Positions 27,837 to 36,296 of a stretch of DNA of 57,710 bases are shown piece by piece. The DNA lies in the IMG/VR virus record IMGVR_UViG_3300045988_104231, one strand, 5' to 3'. Position 1 is the first letter of the stretch; every line of letters starts with the position of its first letter. The translations under genes and the position numbers were made by a program. Origin of the DNA: a virus. A model generated the notes under the pieces. The model saw nothing but the letters and a program-made list of their open reading frames with translations. It was not told the origin of the DNA and did no database searches.

Positions 27837-29930
27837 TTATTTTTTATAAAAACCTTGGAACCTCACGATACCTAGATACTCGGGAGATTTCATTAGTCCG
27901 TCCCCCATGCCGCCCAACGTCTCGGCTCCCGGCTCGTCAAGGACAACCTTGGAGTCAATCTCCTTAGGTACACGGAAGCATATCTGTACGGGGAAATTCA
28001 CCTTAGCGTCTCCCGTGATCACGTTAACCGACGCTCTTTGCGTAGCCGCCATGATCCGGAACCCAAGCGATCGTCCCTTTTGTAGCAACATCTTCAGATT
28101 CTCCTCCAATGACTTTTCACGACCGACCGTGCGTAGTTCCATTTTAGGCTCGAGGAATCCGAAGGCGTTCTTTCGCTGGCCAACCTCGACCATTTCCTTT
28201 ATGTCAAGTTCTGTTCCCGAACGGGAGGACGCTACCGCGTCGGCGAACTCATCGAACACCACCAGCGTTTTCCATGATGCCCTCGATTTAGCCCTTTCTT
28301 GCATATCCTGTACGAGCTCTTTCATCTTGGCCTCTATTTCTTCTATATCATTATAGACCTTTATGTATTTCTCGGAGGAATAATTACAGAACTCGTATTT
28401 CGGATCGAAAATTACGATGTCCCGGATACCGGCTAAGCGGGCGTATTCTATCGTGGATATGATACACACGGATTTACCGCTACCGGTAGCTCCACAAATC
28501 AAGGCGTGAGGCGTGGAGTTGTTATCGAGATCCCACACCACGAGCCTACCGAAGTTATCCGTTCCTATGGGAATCCTCATGCCGTCGATATACTTCTTGT
28601 CCCAATACAAGGACTTGGTTCTTTTCTTCGGTGATTCTATGGAGAGGTAGGATTTTTCCTCATACACCATAAGCTCGTTACCCATCCTTATGGATGGCAC
28701 GTCCAGCGCGTTCGCTATGTCTAGCTTGTATTTCATCACTGTCGTGATCTTTGTCCCAGCGGATACCTCTAGCAGATACGTGTCTGACGAGTACCCGTTA
28801 ATCTCCTTGGCCACGTTCACGATCACCCCGAATGTCCGTAGGATATGCTCTATTTTCTCGCTGTTTGTCATATTACTATTGGATAAATCATATTGAATGA
28901 ATGAGGAAGCGTTCCTCTTGAACTCGGATATTACCTTGGGGTTTACCGATCCAAGGGAAGCGTCCCGTATTTTTTTCTGTCTCTTCGATATCAATTCCTT
29001 CTTTGACTCGGGCACGTTGAAATCATCGACCTCCGCTATCAGCGTCTTGGCCCAGAAATTATAAAGCTCGGCCCTGTCCACGAAGTTGTCGCTATCGTTG
29101 ATCATGTACACGTAATCCGGATCGGACACGGCCTCTATCATCCTTTTTAGCGGCTCGTACAATATGGCCTCGTAAAGTTTCCTCGTGTCGTTATCGAGAT
29201 TGATCACGAATTTCTTCAACTGGGAGGAGCCGTCCTTGTTTTTCGAGATCTTGTTCTCCACGAACCATACCTCGTCAACATTCTCCCCGAAGCGGGACTC
29301 ATAGCACTTAACGTAGGTCATCGCCTGTTTCCCGCAGGTAAACGTTAGTTCCTCGTCATCGGTGAACTTGGCCCTTGACTTATGGTCTATGATGACCGTC
29401 CGACCGCTCTCCGTCCTTATCGCCAAGTCTAGCCTAGCGTGGCAGGGCAGGGGGATGTCCACCCCGTTTACCGTTACCCATTCCTCGCATCTTAATTCCA
29501 CGGCGATTATCTCCTTGATACCGGAAAGATATATATCCTTTTCCCCGTAGAAGTTATTGATAAGCCTCGTGGCGTTCTTGGTGGCCTCGATCTTGCATTC
29601 CTCTACGGTAGGTGTCGTTTTCTGTATTTTCCAATCATTCGGGTGTACCTCCTCTATGTATGAGAACGCTACCCTCTCCATTTCCGTGATCGGTATTATC
29701 TGCCCCTTGCGCTGTAGCTCCATGAAGAAATACTCCAAGGCCGAATGATAGGCGTTACCCGCCACCGTGCTGGAGGATGATCTGGATCTTTCCCGGTAAA
29801 TCTCCCGTTTCTCGAACTCCTTCTCGTTCCGGGAGAAAGAGGCCACCTTGCTGTAACTCCAAGAGTCGATAAGGTAGTTTGATAAATGCTCCTCCAGCTC
29901 GGCGTTGGTATAGGATGAGTACTTGTTCAT
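27837..29930 (-). CDS. Fusion protein: N-terminal PD-(D/E)XK RecB/Cas4-like nuclease + C-terminal FtsK/SpoIIIE-type ATPase
   Basis: N-terminal half: ARLDLAI...VIIDHKS...GKQAMTY (D / D-x-K / QxxxY motifs). C-terminal half: GATGSGKS Walker A, LVVFDEFAD Walker B, and ATQRASVNVITGDAKVNFPVQICFRV (FtsK signature). Confidence 0.75.
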   Translation of the reverse strand: MNKYSSYTNAELEEHLSNYLIDSWSYSKVASFSRNEKEFEKREIYRERSRSSSSTVAGNAYHSALEYFFMELQRKGQIIPITEMERVAFSYIEEVHPNDWKIQKTTPTVEECKIEATKNATRLINNFYGEKDIYLSGIKEIIAVELRCEEWVTVNGVDIPLPCHARLDLAIRTESGRTVIIDHKSRAKFTDDEELTFTCGKQAMTYVKCYESRFGENVDEVWFVENKISKNKDGSSQLKKFVINLDNDTRKLYEAILYEPLKRMIEAVSDPDYVYMINDSDNFVDRAELYNFWAKTLIAEVDDFNVPESKKELISKRQKKIRDASLGSVNPKVISEFKRNASSFIQYDLSNSNMTNSEKIEHILRTFGVIVNVAKEINGYSSDTYLLEVSAGTKITTVMKYKLDIANALDVPSIRMGNELMVYEEKSYLSIESPKKRTKSLYWDKKYIDGMRIPIGTDNFGRLVVWDLDNNSTPHALICGATGSGKSVCIISTIEYARLAGIRDIVIFDPKYEFCNYSSEKYIKVYNDIEEIEAKMKELVQDMQERAKSRASWKTLVVFDEFADAVASSRSGTELDIKEMVEVGQRKNAFGFLEPKMELRTVGREKSLEENLKMLLQKGRSLGFRIMAATQRASVNVITGDAKVNFPVQICFRVPKEIDSKVVLDEPGAETLGGMGDGLMKSPEYLGIVRFQGFYKK

Positions 29931-30763
29931 GGCATGTCCTCTTTGTTTTTGCCCTTAGACTGTCTCATCGCCTCCTTTTTTTGATCGACATCTTTCTTTG
30001 TCTCACGAATTGGAAGGATTAGATCGTTTACCGTGGTATCCCCGTCCTTTAACGCTTGTATGATCCCGATCAGCATGGCGATCTCGTCGGGGCCTATCTG
30101 ATTGCTGGTCTGTTTGCCGCATAGCTTAATGACCTCCTCTTCCGTTATGGCGTATTCGTTCTTGAACTTGTTGATGATATTAGTTCTCGTTTTTAATATC
30201 TTGTCAGCGTCGGATAGATCCCCCGTGATGAATTTTTGGGCGGCTTGATAGACCCTGTCCACTATGGCCTTGGGGATAACGGCGAATACGGAATTGCGAT
30301 AAGCTATGGAGTTGGCGGCGTTTCCCGTTACGGTAATCATGTCGTCTGAGTAACGTTTCCCCTTGCTATCCACTATGCTCCTGCGAACCTCGAACGCGGA
30401 CGCTACGTTTGTCTCCAGATCCCAGCATGTACCCCTGCTGATGATCTGCTTGTCCGTTATCTGGATAACCTTGGCCTCAGTCCTGATATTACCCCAATTG
30501 GATACGATTATCTTGGCGAGGTGTACGGATGGCCCAGTAATAGGTTTCCCTCCCCTTGGCAAGGCATAACTGCATGACCTTGCCGTGTCTTGATTCATCG
30601 TGGCCATTACCACGGAATTATCAATACTCCTTCTGATATCCCTAGGATATCTTTTCGCGGTCGCAACTTGTGAGTCCACGTTTGCTCTCTCAACCGCATC
30701 TACCTGTAAAATTTGTACTTCATGGCTTTCTGCTGGAAGTACCTCGTAACTGCTTGATTCCAT
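29927..30763 (-). CDS. Possible single-strand annealing / recombination protein (RecT/Red-beta-like)
   Basis: Sits directly upstream of, and overlaps, the nuclease gene. C-terminal NAANSIAYRNSVFAVIPK resembles the RecT AKKTAIRRLFKYLP region. The similarity is weak. Confidence 0.3.
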   Translation of the reverse strand: MESSSYEVLPAESHEVQILQVDAVERANVDSQVATAKRYPRDIRRSIDNSVVMATMNQDTARSCSYALPRGGKPITGPSVHLAKIIVSNWGNIRTEAKVIQITDKQIISRGTCWDLETNVASAFEVRRSIVDSKGKRYSDDMITVTGNAANSIAYRNSVFAVIPKAIVDRVYQAAQKFITGDLSDADKILKTRTNIINKFKNEYAITEEEVIKLCGKQTSNQIGPDEIAMLIGIIQALKDGDTTVNDLILPIRETKKDVDQKKEAMRQSKGKNKEDMP

Positions 30764-30923
30764 GATTATTTATTTTGAATGATTTCCTTTACCAATATAA
30801 AGTGCTGGTTTCCCAATCTCGTTGATACCGATCTTCCTCATATTCCTCGTTGTCCTCCTCCCCGTCGTACTCCGGTTCGCCGTCGGGGTCTTTGATGTAG
30901 ATGTCTCTCATATATCTTGATTA

Positions 30924-30991
30924 GTAGGCCTCCGGGAGTCGAACCCGGCCATCCCCATGTTAGGGGCGCTCTACCGATAAGCTAAGGCCTT
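30924..30991 (-). tRNA. tRNA-like gene with non-canonical (shortened) anticodon arm; possible pseudogene
   Basis: Good D-arm (GCTT/ATCGGTA/GAGC), T-arm (CCGGG/TTCGACT/CCCGG) and 6-7 bp acceptor. The anticodon arm is only CCCC/TAACAT/GGGG, and the total length is 68 nt. Confidence 0.4.
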
Positions 30992-30995
30992 GAAT

Positions 30996-31607
30996 TTATT
31001 CGATCTCGATAATCTCGAATTTTCCTTTCTTTATATATATCTTATGATTGTAGTAATCTTTGACTATTCCACGATCGGAAACTGTATTTATGTTTCCAGC
31101 GCAATCCTCGACATATGAGTTATTGCAAGCCTCGACCGTGGCAGAGTTGTAAGCCTCGACCGTGGCAGAGTCGTAAGCCTTGACCGTGGCAGAGTCGTAA
31201 GCCTTGACCGTGGCAGAGTTGTAAGCCTCGACCGTGGCAGAGTCGTAAGCCTCGACCGTGGCAGAGTCGTAAGCCTTGACCGTGGCATAGCCGCAAGCCT
31301 TGACCGTGGCATAGCCGCAAGCCTTGACCGTGGCATAGCCGCAAGCAAATGATTCAGTATCAGAGGCGTGTTCTTTTCTTGTGTAAATGCCAGCTTCGGT
31401 TAATTCCTCCTCAGTAAAGTTTTCTTCTAGGTAATTTGCGTCAATCATCTTGGACGTACTCAAGACCCAATACCAATTATCGGTTATAGCTTTCAGCAAG
31501 TCTTGTTTGCTTTTTGCGTTTAACCCCATACTGTATCCATCTTGGCAAGCGTGATGTTTTTTAGCCCGTTCAAGCAGATCTTTTTTTAATTCTTCGAATG
31601 TCTTCAT
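30996..31607 (-). CDS. Octapeptide-repeat protein (A-[YC]-[GDN]-[YS]-A-T-V-[KE] x about 10)
   Basis: 203-aa ORF. The repeat is encoded by a 24-bp tandem array. Confidence 0.65.
   Translation of the reverse strand: MKTFEELKKDLLERAKKHHACQDGYSMGLNAKSKQDLLKAITDNWYWVLSTSKMIDANYLEENFTEEELTEAGIYTRKEHASDTESFACGYATVKACGYATVKACGYATVKAYDSATVEAYDSATVEAYNSATVKAYDSATVKAYDSATVEAYNSATVEACNNSYVEDCAGNINTVSDRGIVKDYYNHKIYIKKGKFEIIEIE
31125..31346. repeat. 24-bp tandem repeat, about 9 copies, in-frame within the CDS
   Basis: The GCCT[CT]GACCGTGGCA[GT]AG[TC][TC]G[TC]AA unit is read repeatedly on the plus strand. Confidence 0.9.
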
Positions 31608-31752
31608 TTATTTATTATTTATTAGTTCTACAATATCTTTTCTTATCTCTATTAGTTCTTCTTTGCTAAGTGTCTTTAATTCGTCTAGGATATCGTCCTT
31701 CTTGGATCGGTTAGGCCTTGAAGGGGCTTGCACCACATATAACACCCCGAAA

Positions 31753-32022
31753 TCATTTTTCTGACTCATAAGTCATTATAACTATTTGGTGTACCACAAT
31801 AAAGATTGATATGATCGCTAGGATCAAGAGGTGAATATTGAGAGGTTTTTCGTACCACTCAAATATTGACACTATTGACATTAGCCCTAGTACGGTAGCT
31901 GCAATCATCCTTAGCGAGAAGATGATAATGCTCTTTATGGCCCGGAATATCTTCCAGAACCATGCTTGGTTTCTCTTTATCATATATATTGTTGTTTTTA
32001 AAAATCGGAAGAAAGGCCTCAT
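31753..32022 (-). CDS. Small membrane protein
   Basis: Start taken at ATG 32022 (MRPFFRF...), because the longer track ORF runs through the tRNA gene. Two hydrophobic helices. Confidence 0.5.
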   Translation of the reverse strand: MRPFFRFLKTTIYMIKRNQAWFWKIFRAIKSIIIFSLRMIAATVLGLMSIVSIFEWYEKPLNIHLLILAIISIFIVVHQIVIMTYESEK

Positions 32023-32097
32023 ATCCTCACGGACGGAGACCTGCGTTGCAATTGTGACTGATTTTCTGATTGAATAAGCACCCCTAGGGGTGAAACG

Positions 32098-32172
32098 TGC
32101 TCCCTGCCGGGCTTGAACCGGCGACCTCTCGCTTATGAGGCGAATGCTCTCGACCAACTGAGCTAAGGGAGC
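32098..32172 (-). tRNA. tRNA, anticodon CAT (Met, or Ile2 if lysidine-modified)
   Basis: Perfect 75-nt cloverleaf: GCTCCCT TA GCTC AGTTGGTCGA GAGC A TTCGC CTCATAA GCGAG AGGTC GCCGG TTCAAGC CCGGC AGGGAGC A. Confidence 0.9.
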
Positions 32173-32512
32173 GTTTGCCGGGGAATCCCACCCCGGCACA
32201 GTTTAAGTAAAAACTAATATTCCCTAATTGCCTGCCTCACGGCGGTATTGTAAGGTCTTGGTAGCTTTATTACACATAAACAGCAAATAGTGTGAATTGT
32301 GATAGTGGTAGCCGGGGAACTCGCACCCCTTGTAACCCTAGATAATAATATAACTAGATAACCGGATTTCCACCGGACGTACTCCTTTTTAGTACGATAT
32401 GAAGACGGATTAAAATTGTTTCTGCGGTTCGCTACCTGCCCTAGCCATTTCCTAGGGTGGAATTCTTCTTTCTTTCATGTGATTAACTTGGTTATTAATA
32501 GGTCTATCGGTT

Positions 32513-32866
32513 TTATTCGTTTTCTTCCTCTATTGTATCATCCAATAACTTGTCGATAGCCATGATAACCTTATCCGGCAACTCCTTGGCGGTATCATTA
32601 GACTTGAGATATTCTATGGTTCCGCCTATTCCGATAATCATCAGCATATCCCTTTTAGAGGGGATGAACACTAGCAAAAAAATAGGGATTGATATATAGG
32701 CGGCACATTTGATAGCCATGTCCTTAAACTTGGAATCGTTTTCAAAGTCATCTTCAATAAACCATCCGAGAATATATATGGAAGTTAATATTCCCAAGAT
32801 AAATACTGCGATTATCGCCAACGTTTGTATGGCATCTAGCCTTGTGATCCAATAAATCTCATTCAT
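32513..32866 (-). CDS. Membrane protein, unknown function
   Basis: 117 aa with 3 hydrophobic segments. Confidence 0.55.
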   Translation of the reverse strand: MNEIYWITRLDAIQTLAIIAVFILGILTSIYILGWFIEDDFENDSKFKDMAIKCAAYISIPIFLLVFIPSKRDMLMIIGIGGTIEYLKSNDTAKELPDKVIMAIDKLLDDTIEEENE

Positions 32867-33212
32867 GTTGTTATTATTTTAAATGTTCGCTCCCCCACAA
32901 CCTCCAACGGTTTCGAACCCGAATCATAGACGGGTAGGGGAGTGTATCTTATGCGTTAGATAGACAGTTTGACACCGATACGGAAATATCCGTACTTCAC
33001 TGACACGACGTAATATCTAACCTTTGTATATACATTATTAAATATGTAGACTCCAACACCAGAACCGATCAAACTACATCGGGAGCGGGGATCATCATCC
33101 CTTCCGGTATCTTCGCCTGTCATAACCTTACCCTCCATACCTATATCTCTTACGTATATCCTCTTATGGGGATAAGGATTTATTCACTAAGTCAAAGAAC
33201 TCTTTTTTTTAG

Positions 33213-33284
33213 TAGCCCCACCGGTAATCGAAACCGGATATCTCCTTTAGGGGAGGAGCGCTCTATCCGTTGAGCTATGGGGCT
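33213..33284 (-). tRNA. tRNA-Arg (anticodon CCT), with C at position 33
   Basis: 72-nt cloverleaf: AGCCCCA TA GCTC AACGGATA GAGC G CTCCT CCCCTAA AGGAG ATAT CCGGT TTCGATT ACCGG TGGGGCT A. Confidence 0.8.
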
Positions 33285-33293
33285 TGGTTGTGT

Positions 33294-33473
33294 TTACTTG
33301 TTCAGTTTTACTCCCCTGTAGAGTTGTAATGCTCTTTTTCTTATCATGTAAGAATTAGGGGAATTAGTCATTCCCTTTAAGGCGTGTCTAATCGTTACAT
33401 CGGTTAATCCCGTGTCCTTGGCCAAGGCTCTTATTGAGCCATGCGGCACTATGATCTCTTCTAATCTTGCCAT
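33294..33473 (-). CDS. Small HTH protein (59 aa, below the ORF-track cutoff)
   Basis: Hand translation: MARLEEIIVPHGSIRALAKDTGLTDVTIRHALKGMTNSPNSYMIRKRALQLYRGVKLNK. Confidence 0.5.
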   Translation of the reverse strand: MARLEEIIVPHGSIRALAKDTGLTDVTIRHALKGMTNSPNSYMIRKRALQLYRGVKLNK

Positions 33474-33483
33474 ATCTTTTTAT

Positions 33484-33741
33484 TTATCTGTTCATATACG
33501 CTATAAGGCCGGCCTTGCTAAACACCCTTTTCCGGCCTTTATGAGCGTGAGGTATTTCCTTTATATGTTCCCTCAGATATCGGATAGATAGCTTGGTGAT
33601 CTTGGAGGCTTCATCGAAGCCAACGAACTCGTCCTCTTTCTGGGCCTCTTTCTCCAAAACGGACTCCACGATCCTTTTTACCTCCTTTCGCATGAGGGGA
33701 ATCAATTCCTCGGCTATAAGCCTTGCGTCGTTCCTTGTCAT
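33484..33741 (-). CDS. Excisionase/MerR-like HTH DNA-binding protein
   Basis: C-terminal FDEASKITKLSIRYLREHIKEIPHAHKGRKRVFSKAGLIAYM fits the Xis/AlpA-type HTH pattern. Confidence 0.55.
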   Translation of the reverse strand: MTRNDARLIAEELIPLMRKEVKRIVESVLEKEAQKEDEFVGFDEASKITKLSIRYLREHIKEIPHAHKGRKRVFSKAGLIAYMNR

Positions 33742-33746
33742 AGCGT

Positions 33747-33953
33747 TTACTTTAATCTCGTTACAATCACGTCATCAATGCGTCCCGCTGTTTGTATCGT
33801 AAAATCATATCCTTTAGTCTTCAAGTAATCCACACCCCTTTTTACCTTTAAGTATGGTATGGTCTTGTTTTTTATGATTGTGGGTTCTCCTATATTGAAT
33901 CCCAATAAGATTTCCTCCAACAATTCGGAGGTTGTCATGCTTGTCGTAATCAT
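33747..33953 (-). CDS. Hypothetical protein
   Basis: 68-aa ORF, overlap-coupled to the upstream gene. Confidence 0.45.
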   Translation of the reverse strand: MITTSMTTSELLEEILLGFNIGEPTIIKNKTIPYLKVKRGVDYLKTKGYDFTIQTAGRIDDVIVTRLK

Positions 33954-34147
33954 ATTATTTCTATTTTCACTTCGAGCGCATCACATATCTTCGCAAGGAT
34001 ATCTATCCCAACGGAGAATTTACCGTTCTCAACGTTGGAGATAGTTGCGGCTCGAAGGTTGGCAAGTTCGGCCAGTTGTCGCACCGTGTAGCATCTTTCC
34101 TTACGTATTTCGGCTATTCGTTTCCCTATTCGTTCACGTTCATTCAT
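33950..34147 (-). CDS. XRE/Cro-type HTH regulator
   Basis: IGKRIAEIRKERCYTVRQLAELANLRAATISNVENGK. Confidence 0.8.
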   Translation of the reverse strand: MNERERIGKRIAEIRKERCYTVRQLAELANLRAATISNVENGKFSVGIDILAKICDALEVKIEII

Positions 34148-34412
34148 TCAATCCCTCCTCTCTTACTATGTTTTCATCTTCCCACTCAGCCCAATCGCAA
34201 TACCATTGAGCCGCAGGTTTTATGATTTCCTTTTTTATCATTTCGGAATCATATTTGACATCAAGCGTGGCGCAATAATGTAACGCCGCAATCATTGGCT
34301 CTTTAATGCCAAATCTATTGGTATAGCTAAACTTTAATGTCGGAACATCCGGATTTAAGGCTACATCCTTCCTGCCAAATATTTCGATGATACTGGCAGA
34401 ACGTATGTGCAT
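34140..34412 (-). CDS. Hypothetical protein
   Basis: 90-aa ORF. Confidence 0.45.
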   Translation of the reverse strand: MHIRSASIIEIFGRKDVALNPDVPTLKFSYTNRFGIKEPMIAALHYCATLDVKYDSEMIKKEIIKPAAQWYCDWAEWEDENIVREEGLNE

Positions 34413-34529
34413 TATGACATTTCTCCCATATAGGGGATCCCCGCCTTTTTAGTGACCGGAACCTTCGATGAAGGCGAACTCGGGCAATGTTAAATTCATG
34501 ATATATGTCTTTGTTATCTTTTATCTCCA

Positions 34530-34715
34530 TTAGGCTATATCTTCTATCGCATAGTCGCCAGACGCAAAGGGGGCGAAATCTTCAACAATGGTAGCAATGC
34601 GCATTGCGTCCTCGTCAGATATTACGATTTCCATATTTTCATTACAAATCATTTCTATCCCATTATTTTCTAGAATCTCTAATAACTCGCTATTTTCGCA
34701 ATATAATGTTTTCAT
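34530..34715 (-). CDS. Hypothetical acidic small protein
   Basis: 61-aa ORF. Confidence 0.4.
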   Translation of the reverse strand: MKTLYCENSELLEILENNGIEMICNENMEIVISDEDAMRIATIVEDFAPFASGDYAIEDIA

Positions 34716-34756
34716 GTTTATTGTATTTATTTGATTATTAATTAATATAGATATAT

Positions 34757-34939
34757 TTATTTTTCAATCACTTCAAGATCATTTAAAATCTTGATAGCTT
34801 TTTCTTTCCCCAAGCTTGCACATTTCACAAGGGCCTCATAAGCGGACAGCCTATGACCTCCATTAATGCCGGCATAACGAAGAATTGAAATAAAACGAAT
34901 GTGAGAGATTGACTGCCCTTTATAAATGTAAGTTGTCAT
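34757..34939 (-). CDS. Hypothetical small protein
   Basis: 60-aa ORF, first gene downstream of the leftward promoter. Confidence 0.4.
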   Translation of the reverse strand: MTTYIYKGQSISHIRFISILRYAGINGGHRLSAYEALVKCASLGKEKAIKILNDLEVIEK

Positions 34940-34989
34940 GATATTATCGCTGAATTGTTACTGTTGCCACCAGCTCTATTGTTATGATG

Positions 34990-35021
34990 CAAAGATAAGC
35001 ATAATATTGTTTGCTACCAAA
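34990..35021 (-). promoter_or_regulatory. Leftward (early) Bacteroidota-type promoter
   Basis: Minus strand TTTG (35021-35018), 20 nt, TATCTTTG (34997-34990). Confidence 0.6.
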
Positions 35022-35125
35022 TAGCGTAACGGAAATATTTATAGAATTAACAACAATTAATATTCCAGCCCTGTGTTATCCTTCCATCCTTTTTTTGTTT
35101 GATTATATCATTATGTTTCCTTGTT

Positions 35126-35413
35126 TTATACGGGCGATGTGGTCTTGGTATACGGCGTGTTTTCTTCCTCTTTTTCCTCCAGTACCTTTTTAAGCTGATA
35201 TAGACTCAAAATATCATACTCAAATGTCGGATTGTCCCAATTTTTCCGGACAGAGTTCGTTTGGACAGAGATAAATTTTCGTAAGTCAAAGATATATTGA
35301 CATTGTGACAGTCTTATCTCGTTAAATGTTATCTCGTAGTTATCAAACCACGCAAGCAGTTTTTTTAGTTCCTCGTTCATGATATAAATGATTAACCCCG
35401 CGAATATACCCAA
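35126..35413 (-). CDS. Hypothetical protein
   Basis: 95-aa ORF at the divergent junction. Confidence 0.45.
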   Translation of the reverse strand: MGIFAGLIIYIMNEELKKLLAWFDNYEITFNEIRLSQCQYIFDLRKFISVQTNSVRKNWDNPTFEYDILSLYQLKKVLEEKEEENTPYTKTTSPV

Positions 35414-35450
35414 TTTAACCTTGCGATTTTAGGATATAAATAATTTTGTC

Positions 35451-35458
35451 TATATTTG
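35451..35458 (+). promoter_or_regulatory. Candidate -7 box (TATATTTG) of the rightward promoter ahead of terS
   Basis: Same TATATTTGC core as in the four cassettes. The -33 element is poor (TTTTA). Confidence 0.4.
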
Positions 35459-35522
35459 CTTCAAGTTTGTGACTTGTATTATTGATTGGATATTATGTTT
35501 AACAATATAATATAGGTCACTT

Positions 35523-35681
35523 ATGGATTTTTATAACAACTCATCTCAAAGGCAACAAGTGGACGTTTACTGTCCTGTCCATCATAATTGGATTGGCCAC
35601 TATGATTATGGCTCCAAGGGGGTCTATTATTGCTGGTGCAAGAAATGCAAGAAAGAAATCAAAATCGTTATGGGAAAATGA
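35523..35681 (+). CDS. Small Zn-ribbon-like protein (52 aa, below the track cutoff)
   Basis: Hand translation: MDFYNNSSQRQQVDVYCPVHHNWIGHYDYGSKGVYYCWCKKCKKEIKIVMGK. Its stop overlaps the terS ATG (ATGA). Confidence 0.45.
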   Translation: MDFYNNSSQRQQVDVYCPVHHNWIGHYDYGSKGVYYCWCKKCKKEIKIVMGK

Positions 35682-36214
35682 AGAGGTTAACACAAAAACA
35701 AGAGAATTTCTGTAATTATTATATCGAGTGCGGCGGAAACGCTTCCGAGGCGTACAGGCGTGCCTACTCTTGCGATAAATGGAAGGATAAGTCCGTATGG
35801 GAGAAGGCTTCGGCTTTATTGGATGATGTCAAGGTTCAGTCAAGGGTAAGGGAACTGCAAGAGGAGCAGAAAGTTAAATCTGATATAACCAAGGAGAAAT
35901 TACTGGGCGAGTTAGGTAACATAGCGTTCTCGTCCATAGCCCACCTTCATAATACATGGATAGAACGCAAGGAGTTCGAGAATCTTACGGACAAGGAGAA
36001 GTCGGCTATCAAGAGCATATCTACTAAAATTCTGAAGAAAAATATAGGGACGAGCGATGACCCGGAGATCATTGACGTGGAATATGTCAAGATAGAGATG
36101 CACGATAAGCTGAAAGCCATAGAACGTATCTGCAAGATGCTTGGCTTTGACGCTCCAACCGTTGTAGACCTTGGCAAATCGCTGATCGGAATAGATACCG
36201 GAATAGATGATTAG
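35678..36214 (+). CDS. terS: Terminase small subunit (Terminase_2/P27-like)
   Basis: MKRLTQKQENFCNYYIECGGNASEAYRRAY... is the hallmark N-terminus. Sits directly upstream of terL. Confidence 0.8.
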   Translation: MKRLTQKQENFCNYYIECGGNASEAYRRAYSCDKWKDKSVWEKASALLDDVKVQSRVRELQEEQKVKSDITKEKLLGELGNIAFSSIAHLHNTWIERKEFENLTDKEKSAIKSISTKILKKNIGTSDDPEIIDVEYVKIEMHDKLKAIERICKMLGFDAPTVVDLGKSLIGIDTGIDD

Positions 36215-36296
36215 TGTTCTATTTTTAAATAAATGGCTATGTTTGTTAGAAAAAATACGAGGTCTATAATTTTATAATTGTTCTATATTTAATATT

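Noticed and set aside
31088-31348. Track ORFs 31088..31348 and 31120..31344, and a possible CRISPR-like array
   Set aside because: These are alternative reading frames of the 24-bp tandem repeat inside the 203-aa CDS. The repeats are contiguous with no spacers, so this is not a CRISPR array.
32023-32199. N-terminal 59 codons of track ORF 31753..32199
   Set aside because: This stretch runs straight through the well-formed tRNA(CAT) gene (32098-32172). The CDS was therefore shortened to start at ATG 32022.
32956-33138. 60-aa minus-strand ORF between the membrane-protein gene and tRNA-Arg
   Set aside because: It lies in a 345-nt non-coding stretch containing tRNA-like hairpins. It has no start context or coupling, so it is probably not coding.
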